Shown here: positions 28,183 through 37,002 of the stretch, piece by piece | Position numbering within the stretch: position 1 is the stretch's first letter | Layout: each line of letters opens with the position of its first letter | IMG/VR virus record: IMGVR_UViG_2565956731_000001 | Length of the DNA stretch: 37,002 nucleotides | Source of the DNA: a virus | Taxonomy: Duplodnaviria > Heunggongvirae > Uroviricota > Caudoviricetes | Strand: one strand, 5' to 3' | Notes under the pieces: generated by a model | Told to the model about the DNA's origin: nothing | Database searches by the model: none | The model's input: the letters and a program-made list of their open reading frames with translations, nothing else | Position numbers and translations under genes: made by a program

Positions 28183-28698
28183 ATGGCTTTACCACGCAAA
28201 TTAAAACACCTGAACCTGTTTAACGACGGGAACAACTGGCAGGGGATCGTTGAGTCGCTGACGCTGCCGAAATTCACCCGCAAATATGAGAAGTATCGCG
28301 GCGGCGGAATGCCGGGGGCAGTGGATGTGGATCTGGGGCTTGATGACAGTGCGCTGGACACAGAATTTTCCATTGGTGGTACTGAACTGCTGCTGTTTAA
28401 GCAGATGGGCAAAGCCACGGTGGATGGCATCCAGTTGCGCTTTACCGGCTCTATCCAGCGTGACGATACCGGGGAAGTGCAGGCCGTGGAGCTTGTGGTG
28501 CGTGGACGTCACAAAGAAGTGGATTCCGGTGAGTGGAAGACGGGCGAAAGCAACACCACCAAAGTGACCAGTACCAACAGCTACGCGAAGCTGACCATCA
28601 ATGGTGAGGTGCTCTATGAAGTGGACCTTATCAACATGGTGGAAATTGTGGACGGTGTGGACCTGATGGAAGCGCACCGCAACGCCCTCGGCCTCTGA
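28183..28698 (+). CDS. FII: Tail tube protein gpFII
   Basis: 171 aa, P2 FII-like. Confidence 0.9.
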   Translation: MALPRKLKHLNLFNDGNNWQGIVESLTLPKFTRKYEKYRGGGMPGAVDVDLGLDDSALDTEFSIGGTELLLFKQMGKATVDGIQLRFTGSIQRDDTGEVQAVELVVRGRHKEVDSGEWKTGESNTTKVTSTNSYAKLTINGEVLYEVDLINMVEIVDGVDLMEAHRNALGL

Positions 28699-28752
28699 TG
28701 TATCTGAACGGCGCGGGATTCCGCGCCAGAACCCAATTTACAGGACAACAAA

Positions 28753-29055
28753 ATGAGCGATAAGCAGACTGAAAAGACCATTCAACTGGATACCCCTATC
28801 AAGCGCGGTAAAACAGAAATTACCGAAATTGTGCTGCGTAAACCGCAGTCCGGTGCGCTGCGCGGTACACGCCTGCAGGCCATTATGGATATGGATGTGA
28901 ACGCGATGATGACCGTGATCCCCCGCATTTCCAGTCCGGCACTGACTGCACAGGAAATCGCAGAGATGGACCCGGCAGATCTCACAGCCATGTCGGTTGA
29001 GGTTGTCACTTTTTTGTTGAAGAAGTCGGTGCTTGCCGGTTTACCGACAGCCTGA
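28753..29055 (+). CDS. E: Tail assembly chaperone gpE
   Basis: 100 aa between tube and tape measure. Confidence 0.8.
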   Translation: MSDKQTEKTIQLDTPIKRGKTEITEIVLRKPQSGALRGTRLQAIMDMDVNAMMTVIPRISSPALTAQEIAEMDPADLTAMSVEVVTFLLKKSVLAGLPTA

Positions 29056-29189
29056 CGGTTGACGATCTGGTGGCAGATATCGCCACCATCTTTCACTGGC
29101 CGCCATCCGTTACTGACGTTATGCCGCTGACCGAAGTGCTGGAATGGCGGTATAAAGCGATTCAGAGAAGCGGGGCCAACGATGAGTGA
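28753..29189 (+). CDS. gpE+E' frameshift-extended tail chaperone (-1 programmed frameshift at T_TTT_TTG, 29010-29016)
   Basis: Slippery heptamer TTTTTTG in the E frame; the -1 frame stays open to TGA at 29187-29189, overlapping the T start, as in P2. Confidence 0.6.
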
Positions 29190-32100
29190 TAATAACCTGC
29201 GCCTGCAGGTCATTCTTAATGCGGTTGACAAACTCACCCGCCCATTCCGTGCTGCACAGGCCAGTTCGAAAGAGCTGGCTGGCGCAATCAGAAACTCCCG
29301 TGACGCATTAAAGCAACTCAATCAGGCGGGTAACAGCCTGGAAAAATTTCGCAAGCTGCAGGCCGATAACAAGAAGTTAGGCGACAGGCTGAACTATGCC
29401 AGACAGAAGGCTAATTTGCTTAGCTCTGAGCTGGAGGCGATGGAACAACCATCACAAAGGCATCTTGTGGCTTTAGGTCGGCAAACGCTGGCAGTCCAAC
29501 GCCTGGAAGAACAACAAAAATATTTGCAGAAGCAAACGGCGCTTGTGCGTGCAGAACTGTACCGGGCGGGAATTTCTGCGAAAGATGATGCGGGAGCAAC
29601 TGCCCGTTTAGCCCGTGAAACATCACGTTATAACCAGGAACTTTCGAAACAAGAGGCGCGGCTGAAGCGACTGGGGGAAGCTCAGCGCAGGATGAATGCG
29701 GCGCGTGCCAGTTATGCCCGTTCGCTGGAGGTGCGTGATCGTATTGCAGGTGCCGGAGCCACCACCACGGCTGCAGGGCTGGCAATGGGCGCACCAGTGA
29801 TGGCGGCAGTAAAAAGCTATACCAGCATGGAAGATGCCATGAAAGGTGTGGCAAAGCAGGTCAATGGTCTGCGTGACGATAATGGCAACCGCACCGCGCG
29901 TTTTTACGAAATGCAGGATGCCATCAAGGCTGCCAGCGAACAGTTGCCGATGGAAAACGGTGCTGTGGACTTTGCTGCACTGGTTGAAGGTGGTGCGCGT
30001 ATGAACGTCGCAAACCCTGACGACAGCTGGGAAGACCAGAAACGTGACCTGCTGGCCTTCGCCAGTACGGCGGCAAAGGCGGCAACAGCCTTTGAGCTGC
30101 CAGCGGATGAACTGTCAGAAAGTCTGGGGAAAATCGCCCAGCTCTACAAAATACCTACCCGCAATATTGAACAGCTCGGCGATGCGCTGAACTATCTGGA
30201 TGATAACGCCATGTCGAAAGGGGCGGACATCATTGATGTGATGCAACGTCTGGGCGGTGTGGCTGACCGTCTGGATTATCGTAAAGCGGCGGCACTGGGT
30301 TCCACCTTTCTGACACTGGGCGCTGCGCCGGAGGTTGCAGCCAGTGCAGCAAACGCGATGGTGCGTGAATTGTCCATTGCCACCATGCAAAGCAAGAGTT
30401 TCTTTGAAGGGATGAATCTGCTGAAACTCAATCCTGAATTGATTGAAAAGCAAATGACGAAGGATGCGATGGGAACCATCCAGCGCGTGCTGGAGAAGGT
30501 GAACGCACTGCCGCAGGACAAGCGTCTGTCTGCCATGACCATGTTGTTTGGTAAAGAGTTTGGCGATGATGCGGCGAAACTGGCAAACAACCTGCCGGAA
30601 CTGCAGCGCCAGTTAAAGCTGACAGCGGGCAATGATGCGCTCGGTTCCATGCAGAAAGAATCCGACATCAACAAGGACTCACTTTCTGCTCAGTGGTTGC
30701 TGGTCAAAACCGGAGCGCAGAACACCTTCAGCAGCCTGGGCGAAACGCTGCGCCAGCCGCTGATGGATATTCTGTACACGGTGAAAAGCGTCACGGGGGC
30801 GTTGCGTCGCTGGGTGGAAGCTAACCCGGAACTGACGGGCACACTGATGAAAGCGGCGGCTGTTGTGGCTGCGGTTACCGTGGGCCTCGGCACCTTAGCG
30901 GTGGTGTTAGCTGCAGTGCTGGGGCCGCTGGCAGTCATCCGTCTGGGGTTCTCTGTGCTGGGTATCAAAACGTTACCTTCCGTTACGGCAGCAGTAACTC
31001 GAACCAGCAGCGCGTTGTCCTGGCTGGCTGGCGCACCACTGGCACTGCTGCGACGCGGGCTTGCTTCATCGGGCAACGCCGCAGGTTTACTTACTGCGCC
31101 GTTGTCGTCTTTGCGCCGCACGGCATCACTGACGGGAAATGTCCTGAAAACTGTAGCAGGTGCGCCGGTTGCACTTTTGCGGTCTGGATTATCCGGTTTA
31201 CGTGCTGTTGCTGTGATGTTTATGAATCCTCTGGCGGTACTGCGCGGTGGACTGGCCGCCGCAGGCACGGTGCTGCGAGTACTGGCATCTGGTCCACTGG
31301 CGATGCTGCGCGTTGCCCTGTATGCCGTATCTGGTCTGTTAGGTGCTCTGCTCAGTCCGATAGCTCTTGTGGTTACTGCACTGGCGGGCGTGGCGCTGGT
31401 TGTCTGGAAATACTGGCAACCCATCACCGCATTTCTTGGTGGCGTGGTGGAAGGATTCAAAGCTGCGGCAGGTCCCGTCAGTGCAGCATTCGAACCGCTT
31501 AAGCCCGTGTTCCAGTGGATTGGCGACAAAGTACAGGCGTTGTGGGGCTGGTTTACTGATCTGCTGACGCCCGTTAAGTCGACCTCTGCCGAACTGCAGA
31601 GTGCAGCGGCAATGGGGCGGCGATTCGGGGAGGCACTGGCGGAAGGGCTGAATATGGTCATGCATCCGCTGGACTCCCTGAAATCCGGCGTTTCCTGGTT
31701 GCTGGAGAAACTCGGCGTTGTCAGTAAAGAGGCCGCAAAGGCGAAACTACCGGAAAGTGTGACGCGTCAGCAACCTGCGACGGTGAATACAGACGGTAAA
31801 GTGATGATGCCATCGGGTGGTTTTCCGTCATGGGGATATGGCTTTGCGGGGATGTATGACAGCGGCGGCTATATCCCGCGCGGGCAGTTTGGCATCGTCG
31901 GTGAAAACGGGCCGGAAATTGTTAACGGCCCGGCAAATGTGACCAGCCGGAGAAATACAGCTGCACTGGCTGCCGTTGTTGCCGGAATGATGGGCGTTGC
32001 TGCCGCGCCAGCAGAGCTTCCACCGTTGCACCCTTTGGCACTTCCCGCGAAAGGTGGAGAAGCAATTGTGAGTCGCGCAGCCACTGTGCCGCCTGTTTAC

Positions 32101-32259
32101 AGGATTGAGGCACCGACGCAGATCATCATCCAGACGCAGCCAGGACAAAGTGCGCAGGATATTGCGCGGGAGGTGGCCCGCCAGCTTGATGAACGTGAAC
32201 GCAGGCTGAAGGCAAAAGCCAGGAGTAACTACAGCGATCAGGGGGGATACGACGCATGA
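29182..32259 (+). CDS. T: Tail tape measure protein gpT
   Basis: 1025 aa, coiled-coil N-terminus, hydrophobic central region, position after E/E'. Confidence 0.9.
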   Translation: MSDNNLRLQVILNAVDKLTRPFRAAQASSKELAGAIRNSRDALKQLNQAGNSLEKFRKLQADNKKLGDRLNYARQKANLLSSELEAMEQPSQRHLVALGRQTLAVQRLEEQQKYLQKQTALVRAELYRAGISAKDDAGATARLARETSRYNQELSKQEARLKRLGEAQRRMNAARASYARSLEVRDRIAGAGATTTAAGLAMGAPVMAAVKSYTSMEDAMKGVAKQVNGLRDDNGNRTARFYEMQDAIKAASEQLPMENGAVDFAALVEGGARMNVANPDDSWEDQKRDLLAFASTAAKAATAFELPADELSESLGKIAQLYKIPTRNIEQLGDALNYLDDNAMSKGADIIDVMQRLGGVADRLDYRKAAALGSTFLTLGAAPEVAASAANAMVRELSIATMQSKSFFEGMNLLKLNPELIEKQMTKDAMGTIQRVLEKVNALPQDKRLSAMTMLFGKEFGDDAAKLANNLPELQRQLKLTAGNDALGSMQKESDINKDSLSAQWLLVKTGAQNTFSSLGETLRQPLMDILYTVKSVTGALRRWVEANPELTGTLMKAAAVVAAVTVGLGTLAVVLAAVLGPLAVIRLGFSVLGIKTLPSVTAAVTRTSSALSWLAGAPLALLRRGLASSGNAAGLLTAPLSSLRRTASLTGNVLKTVAGAPVALLRSGLSGLRAVAVMFMNPLAVLRGGLAAAGTVLRVLASGPLAMLRVALYAVSGLLGALLSPIALVVTALAGVALVVWKYWQPITAFLGGVVEGFKAAAGPVSAAFEPLKPVFQWIGDKVQALWGWFTDLLTPVKSTSAELQSAAAMGRRFGEALAEGLNMVMHPLDSLKSGVSWLLEKLGVVSKEAAKAKLPESVTRQQPATVNTDGKVMMPSGGFPSWGYGFAGMYDSGGYIPRGQFGIVGENGPEIVNGPANVTSRRNTAALAAVVAGMMGVAAAPAELPPLHPLALPAKGGEAIVSRAATVPPVYRIEAPTQIIIQTQPGQSAQDIAREVARQLDERERRLKAKARSNYSDQGGYDA

Positions 32260-32741
32260 TGATGGTGCTGGGATTGTACGTGTTTATGCTGCGCACCGTG
32301 CCGTATCAGGAGCTGCAGTATCAACGCAGCTGGCGACATGCGGCAAACAGCCGGGTAAACCGACGCCCGTCAACGCAGTTTCTGGGACCGGACAACGACA
32401 TGCTGACGCTTTCTGGTGTTCTTATGCCGGAGGTAACGGGCGGCAGGCTGTCGTTGCTGGCTCTGGAGCAGATGGCAGAACAGGGAAAAGCATGGCCCCT
32501 GATTGAAGGCAGCGGCACGATTTACGGCATGTATGTGATTGAGGGACTGAATCAGACTAAAACGGAGTTTTTCCGCGACGGTATGCCGCGCCGGATTGAG
32601 TTCACCCTGTCGCTCAAACGGGTGGATGAATCCCTGTCCGATATGTTCGGTGATCTCAGTACGCAACTGAATAATCTGCAGGACACGGCAACATCTGCCT
32701 TAAGTGATATCAGTAAAACGGTGGGAGGGCTGCTGTCGTGA
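32256..32741 (+). CDS. U: Tail protein gpU
   Basis: 161 aa, P2 U-like. Confidence 0.85.
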   Translation: MMMVLGLYVFMLRTVPYQELQYQRSWRHAANSRVNRRPSTQFLGPDNDMLTLSGVLMPEVTGGRLSLLALEQMAEQGKAWPLIEGSGTIYGMYVIEGLNQTKTEFFRDGMPRRIEFTLSLKRVDESLSDMFGDLSTQLNNLQDTATSALSDISKTVGGLLS

Positions 32742-33838
32742 ATTTCAGCTCTGAACTGCTTAACAAAGGCAACAAAACTCCCGCATTCAGCATCAGTATT
32801 GAGGGCAGGGATATCACTACTGTGCTGGATAACCGTCTGATGAGTCTGACGTTGACGGACAATCGGGGCTTTGACGCGGACCAGCTTGATCTGGAGCTGG
32901 ACGACGCCGACGGAAAAATCGTGCTGCCGCGCCGTGGTGCGGTCATTACGCTGGCGCTGGGCTGGAAGGGGCAGCCGCTTTTCCCGAAAGGGACATTCAC
33001 GGTGGACGAGATTGAACACACTGGCGCACCGGACCGCCTGACTATCCGGGCGCGAAGTGCTGATTTTCGGGAAACGCTGAATACCCGCCGTGAAAAATCG
33101 TGGCATAAGACCACCGTCGGGGAAGTGGTGAAGGAAATAGCCGCGCGGCACAAGCTGAAGATGGCACTGGGTAAAGACCTGTCGGATAAGCCCGTGGAGC
33201 ATATAGACCAGACTAATGAGAGTGACGGCAGTTTTCTGATGCGGCTGGCGCGACAGTACGGTGCCATCGCGTCGGTGAAAAATGGCAATCTGTTATTCAT
33301 CCGGCAGGGGCAGGGCAAAAGCGCCACTGGTAAACCTCTGCCAGTGATCACTATCACACGCAAGGACGGCGACAGTCACCGATTTACCCTGGCAGATCGC
33401 GGAGCCTACACGGGCGTAATTGCCAGCTGGTTGCATACCCGCGAACCAGCGAAGAAAGAAAGCACCATGGTGAAGCGTAAGCGCAGAACTAAGAAGCAGA
33501 AGAAAGAGCCAGAAGCGAAGCAGGGCGATTACCTGGTGGGTACGGATGAAAACGTGCTGGTACTTAATCGCACTTATGCCAACCGGAGCAACGCCGAACG
33601 AGCGGCGAAAATGCAGTGGGAACGCCTGCAACGCGGCGTTGCGTCATTTTCGCTACAACTGGCAGAAGGGCGGGCAGATCTCTACACGGAAATGCCTGTG
33701 AAGGTCAGTGGTTTTAAACAGCCGATAGATGATGCGGAATGGACCATTACGACTCTGACGCATACCGTCAGCCCGGATAACGGTTTTACGACCAGTCTGG
33801 AGCTTGAAGTGAGGATTGATGATTTCGAAATGGAATAA
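32738..33838 (+). CDS. D: Tail protein gpD (late gene D)
   Basis: 366 aa, P2 D-like; GTG start after GGGAGGG. Confidence 0.85.
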   Translation: MNFSSELLNKGNKTPAFSISIEGRDITTVLDNRLMSLTLTDNRGFDADQLDLELDDADGKIVLPRRGAVITLALGWKGQPLFPKGTFTVDEIEHTGAPDRLTIRARSADFRETLNTRREKSWHKTTVGEVVKEIAARHKLKMALGKDLSDKPVEHIDQTNESDGSFLMRLARQYGAIASVKNGNLLFIRQGQGKSATGKPLPVITITRKDGDSHRFTLADRGAYTGVIASWLHTREPAKKESTMVKRKRRTKKQKKEPEAKQGDYLVGTDENVLVLNRTYANRSNAERAAKMQWERLQRGVASFSLQLAEGRADLYTEMPVKVSGFKQPIDDAEWTITTLTHTVSPDNGFTTSLELEVRIDDFEME

Positions 33839-33928
33839 TTCTTCGCAATGGAGAACTTTTAAGTTTGCAAAATGGAATAATGCGGTATCATTATTGTGAA
33901 TTTAGCAAAAATGGGGAGAACTCGAAAA

Positions 33929-34147
33929 ATGATGATTTGCCCACTGTGTGGAAGTGCCGCCCATACTCGCAGCAGTTTTCAGGTATCTTCATTGACCAAA
34001 GAGCGTTACAACCAGTGCCAGAACATTAACTGCAGCCATACTTTTGTTACCCATGAAACTTTTGTTCGTTCGATTGCAACGCCAAAAGAGTCAAATCCGG
34101 TTCAGCCGCATCCAATGAAATCAGGACAGGTGGCGCTCTCTCTTTGA
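33929..34147 (+). CDS. ogr: Ogr/Delta-type zinc-finger late transcription activator (186 B-like)
   Basis: 72 aa from ATG 33929; CPLCG...CQNINCSHTF zinc-binding motifs align by eye with P2 Ogr. Confidence 0.85.
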   Translation: MMICPLCGSAAHTRSSFQVSSLTKERYNQCQNINCSHTFVTHETFVRSIATPKESNPVQPHPMKSGQVALSL

Positions 34148-34170
34148 CGCTGCCGCCATTTTGTCGCCAT
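34148..34170. repeat. Right copy of 22-bp direct repeat (candidate attR core) immediately after ogr stop
   Basis: 21/22 identity with 19-40; marks the transition to host sequence. Confidence 0.4.
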
Positions 34171-34382
34171 CGTTAAAAAACAGTGCTTCTAACATCATGA
34201 TTTTAAACAGCTTAAATTTCAGGCAACAAAAAACCCATCAACCTTGAACCGAAATGGCGGGGTTGATGGGCTCCACAAAATGGGGACATCAAAGAAAAGC
34301 AGTGGCACTAATTAAGACTGATGCCCTGCGGAAAAGTTCTGCGGTTGTGCAAAAAAATTTCATTTTCAGGGCAACTTCAGTT

Positions 34383-36068
34383 TTATCCTAATCCTGGCCA
34401 TACCATGACGATGATTGTCCCTGCCAGCGTCAGCAGGACGTTGGCGATTGCATAGGTGCCCGCATAGCCCAGCGCCGGGATGTTACTGCGAGCTGTATCA
34501 CTGATGATCTCCATTGCCGGCGCGCAGGTGCGTGCGCCCATCATTGCGCCGAACAACAGTGCGCGGTTCATTCGCAATACATAAGCACCGAACAAGAAAC
34601 AGATAACCACTGGCACAAGACTGACAATCAATCCGGCAATCAACATCTGACCGCCAATCGCGCCCAGGCCGTTATTAATACCGCTACCGGCGCTCAGACC
34701 AACGCCTGCCATAAACACCATTAAGCCGAACTCTTTCACCATGCTTAATGCACCCTGCGGAATGTAACCGAAGGTCGGGTGGTTAGCGCGCATAAATCCC
34801 AGCATAATTCCGGCGAATAACAACCCGGCAGCGTTCCCCATGCCGAAACTGAATGTGCTGAACTGGAAGGTGATCATCCCGATCATCAGCCCAATAACAA
34901 AGAAGGCGCAGAATGCCAGCAAGTCAGTGACCTGGCTGTGAATCGAGATAAAGCCGATGCGATCGGCGATGGTTTTTACGCGACGGGCATCGCCGCTGAC
35001 TTGTAAAACGTCACCTTTGTTAAGCACGACGTTGTCATCTATCGGCATCTCAATCTGGCTACGAATGACGCGGTTAAGGAAGCAACCGTGATCGGTCAAC
35101 TTCAGTTGTGCGAGACGTTTGCCCACGGCGTTATGGTTTTTAACGACCACTTCTTCAGTGACGATACGCATGTCGAGAAGGTCACGATCGAAAACTTCTT
35201 TGCCGTTACGGAAGCTGGGATCGAGTCGTGCGTGGGCGTCGGGATAGCCTACCAACGCTATTTCATCGCCCATTTGTAGCACAGCATCACCGTCTGGATT
35301 CGCCAGAATCCCGTTACGTCGAATACGTTCAATGTAGCAGCCAGTTTGTCGATAAATACCCAGTTCACGCAGATTTTTGCCGTCGGTCCAGGCCACCAGC
35401 TCCGGGCCGACGCGGTAGGCGCGGATCACCGGTAAATAAACCTTACGGTTGGCATCAGTGTCCAGGCCACGTTCGCGGGCGATTTGCTGGGCGCTGGTCT
35501 GTAAGTCCTGATGCTGCAATTTCGGCAAGTAACGCGCACCAACAATCAAACTCACCAGACCGATTAAATAGGTTAAGGCATACCCGAGGCTCAGATTATC
35601 CAGTGCCAGTGAGAGCTGCCTGCTTTCCATGCCGGAATGACGCAGTGTATCGCCAGCACCGACCAGAACCGGTGTCGACGTCATAGAGCCAGCTAACATA
35701 CCGGCCGTCAGGCCAATATCCCAGCCAAACAGCTTACCTAACCCTAAGGCGATCACCAGCGCACTGCCAACCATCACCAGTGCTAACATTAGGTAATTTT
35801 TCCCATCGCGAAAAAAAATGGAAAAAAAGTTCGGTCCGGCTTCGACCCCGACGCAGAAAATAAACAGCATAAAGCCAAGATTAAGCGCGTCGGTGTTAAT
35901 GCTGAAATGTTGTTGGCCTAATAACAGCGATACGACTAAAACGCCAATGGAATTACCCAGTTGGATCGAACCAAGTCGTAATTTCCCGAGACATAGCCCA
36001 AGCGCGAGGACCACAAATAATAACAGAATGTAATTCCCATTTAACAATTCGGCGACGTTTATATTCAC
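34383..36068 (-). CDS. ybjL: Putative transport protein YbjL (YidE/YbjL family)
   Basis: 561 aa; translation recognised as E. coli YbjL ([16 protein letters not shown]...); GTG start. Confidence 0.9.
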
Positions 36069-36337
36069 GGAGGCTAACTTCTTGTTTACTAGTAAGCTGT
36101 TGAAAGAAATGGTAATTTACGATAATGTTTTTTACCAGAATTCAGGGCGCAGATTCATTCAGCGCACCTAAACGATAGTAAAGTAACAATATATTTTACT
36201 AGTGTAATCACATTAGGTATCAACGGCTATATGAATTGCGTTGGCCTATATTAGCATGGAATGCGAAGCGGCTTTATCTTACTGAACGCCACACTGGCGA
36301 AAAATGTGTTCGATAGACGCAGTGTCAGGAGGAACGA

Positions 36338-36715
36338 GTGAAACATAAACAACGTTGGGCGGGGGCAATCTGCTGTTTTGTCCTCTTCATTGTGGTGTGT
36401 CTTTTTCTGGCGACGCACATGAAAGGCGCTTTTCGGGCTGCCGGGCATCCTGAAATCGGTTTGCTATTTTTCATTCTTCCTGGTGCAGTTGCCAGCTTCT
36501 TTTCACATCGTAGAGAAGTCCTGAAACCTCTGTTTGGCGCAATGCTGGCGGCACCCTGTTCGATGCTCATTATGCGGCTGTTTTTTTCACCGACGCGCTC
36601 ATTCTGGCAAGAGCTGGCATGGTTATTAAGTGCGGTGTTCTGGTGTGCGCTGGGGGCATTGTGTTTCTTATTTATCAGTAGTTTGTTTAAACCACAGCAC
36701 AGAAAAAATCAATAA
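36338..36715 (+). CDS. ybjM: Inner membrane protein YbjM
   Basis: 125 aa hydrophobic protein, GTG start after AGGAGG; conserved ybjL-ybjM-grxA synteny. Confidence 0.85.
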   Translation: MKHKQRWAGAICCFVLFIVVCLFLATHMKGAFRAAGHPEIGLLFFILPGAVASFFSHRREVLKPLFGAMLAAPCSMLIMRLFFSPTRSFWQELAWLLSAVFWCALGALCFLFISSLFKPQHRKNQ

Positions 36716-36736
36716 AGCCCTCAACGCGAGGGCTTG
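36714..36736. terminator. Bidirectional terminator between ybjM and grxA
   Basis: AGCCCTC-AACGC-GAGGGCT hairpin between convergent genes. Confidence 0.6.
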
Positions 36737-36744
36737 TCAGACGA

Positions 36745-37002
36745 TCAGGCGTCCAGATTCTCTTTCACCCATGCAGCAAAATCGGTATAGCCGCCGATAT
36801 GTTGCTGATCGACAAAAATCTGCGGCACGGTTTCTACGGGTTTACCTGCCTTTTGTTGTAGATCTTCTTTAGTGATCCCTTCCGCACGAATATCTACATA
36901 CTGATACTGGAAATCATCGCGCTCATTGCTCAATTTCTCGGCCAGATCTTTTGCACGCACACAGTAAGGGCAACCCGGACGACCAAAAATAACGGTTTGC
37001 AT
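36745..37002 (-). CDS. grxA: Glutaredoxin 1
   Basis: 85 aa with CPYC active site; matches E. coli GrxA (MQTVIFGRPGCPYCVRAKDLAEKL...). Confidence 0.95.
   Translation of the reverse strand: MQTVIFGRPGCPYCVRAKDLAEKLSNERDDFQYQYVDIRAEGITKEDLQQKAGKPVETVPQIFVDQQHIGGYTDFAAWVKENLDA

Larger units (their letters stand above)
1..34170. mobile_element. P2/186-like temperate prophage (Peduovirus-type); left boundary at or beyond window start, right boundary just after ogr
   Basis: Complete P2-order gene set from int to ogr; host genes ybjL/ybjM/grxA begin at 34383; 22-bp imperfect direct repeat at 19-41 and 34148-34170. Confidence 0.85.

Noticed and set aside
30690-31661. 323-aa minus-strand ORF and several other Ala/Pro/Thr-rich ORFs (29420-32148)
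   Set aside because: All lie inside the tape measure gene on the opposite strand or in alternate frames; composition artefacts of the GC-rich repetitive tape measure sequence.
29182-32259. Tape measure protein being unusually long (1025 aa) relative to P2 T
   Set aside because: Tape measure length varies with tail length among P2-like phages; no evidence of an embedded extra domain such as a lysozyme or peptidase motif.
34148-34382. Possible tRNA gene at the integration site
   Set aside because: I found no convincing acceptor stem or T-arm GTTC-type box by eye; the region instead carries a simple 10-bp inverted repeat. Needs tRNAscan to be certain.

Overview
The window is an almost complete P2/186-family temperate prophage (about 34 kb) followed by a short stretch of enterobacterial chromosome (ybjL, ybjM, grxA, E. 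coli-like). The lysogeny/early region is 186-like (int, CI, Apl, CII, replication protein A, plus a Dam-type methyltransferase and a LexA-box-controlled DinI-like module). The late region is P2-like in order (Q P | O N M L X, lysis cassette, R S | V W J I H, tail fibre assembly | FI FII E/E' T U D, ogr). Three AT-rich cargo insertions sit at classic P2 variable loci: (1) an AAA+ ATPase plus subtilisin-like S8 peptidase operon between the candidate cos site and portal gene Q, the strongest candidate for an accessory, probably anti-phage, system; (2) a 250-aa membrane protein between S and V; (3) a small secreted Cys-rich protein co-transcribed with cI. The tail fibre C-terminus lies in an invertible segment controlled by a Pin/Gin-like invertase. 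All calls come from reading the sequence and the ORF translations by eye; no searches or computations were run, and family assignments rest on remembered motifs and gene order.
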